A DNA stretch of 60,032 nt, filler included. It is 6 parts of 6 records of this genome, joined end to end, with 100 filler letters (N's around TTAATTAATTAA, not from the genome) between each part and the next. Parts side by side here need not be neighbours in the genome. Positions count along the whole stretch, not along the records: positions 53,651 to 60,032 come from SRR31156797_8374; 5 more parts are not named here. One strand, 5' to 3'. Shown here piece after piece: positions 59,963-60,032 of this stretch. How positions within the stretch are numbered: the first letter of the stretch is position 1; every line of letters starts with the position of its first letter. Made by a program: the position numbers and the translations under genes. The notes beneath the pieces are model-generated. The model saw only the letters and a list, made by a program, of their open reading frames with translations, did not search any database and was not told the DNA's origin.

Positions 59963-60032
59963 GTTATGCATTGGGAAAATATAAACTTGAATGTTTTTTA
60001 GGTCAAAATCAAAAAGATTCAATTTGATTTTA

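Overview
This window is not one genome. It is six unrelated contigs joined by 100-nt artificial linkers (N44-TTAATTAATTAA-N44). (1) 1-13586, GC-rich and Desulfobacterota-like: a molybdenum aldehyde oxidoreductase (Mop) operon with its accessory cluster, including a radical SAM gene with an in-frame TGA (probable selenocysteine). It is followed by a lower-GC island and REP-like repeats. (2) 13687-19560, lineage uncertain: panC, aminotransferase, folK, YitT, a TonB-C/AgmX-like lipoprotein and a MATE transporter. (3) 19661-29525, Bacteroidota: hemW, a 1387-aa GT4 glycosyltransferase/phosphodiester-glycosidase fusion, Rrf2, rpiB and a DnaA-box-rich candidate oriC. (4) 29626-47351, Bacteroidota housekeeping genes (coaX-lptC cluster, mfd, fbp, lysC, pyrC), ending at a probable rRNA promoter. 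(5) 47452-53550, very AT-rich, probably a Campylobacterota-type conjugative element: T4 coupling protein, RavA-like ATPase, an apparently catalytically dead tyrosine recombinase, and PilZ, SH3 and receiver proteins. (6) 53651-60032, Fusobacteriota-like: pyrG end, thyA, uraA, rlmN and PBP1A, with an unannotated pyrL-type leader peptide/attenuator before uraA. All family and taxon calls come from motif recognition by eye; no searches were run.
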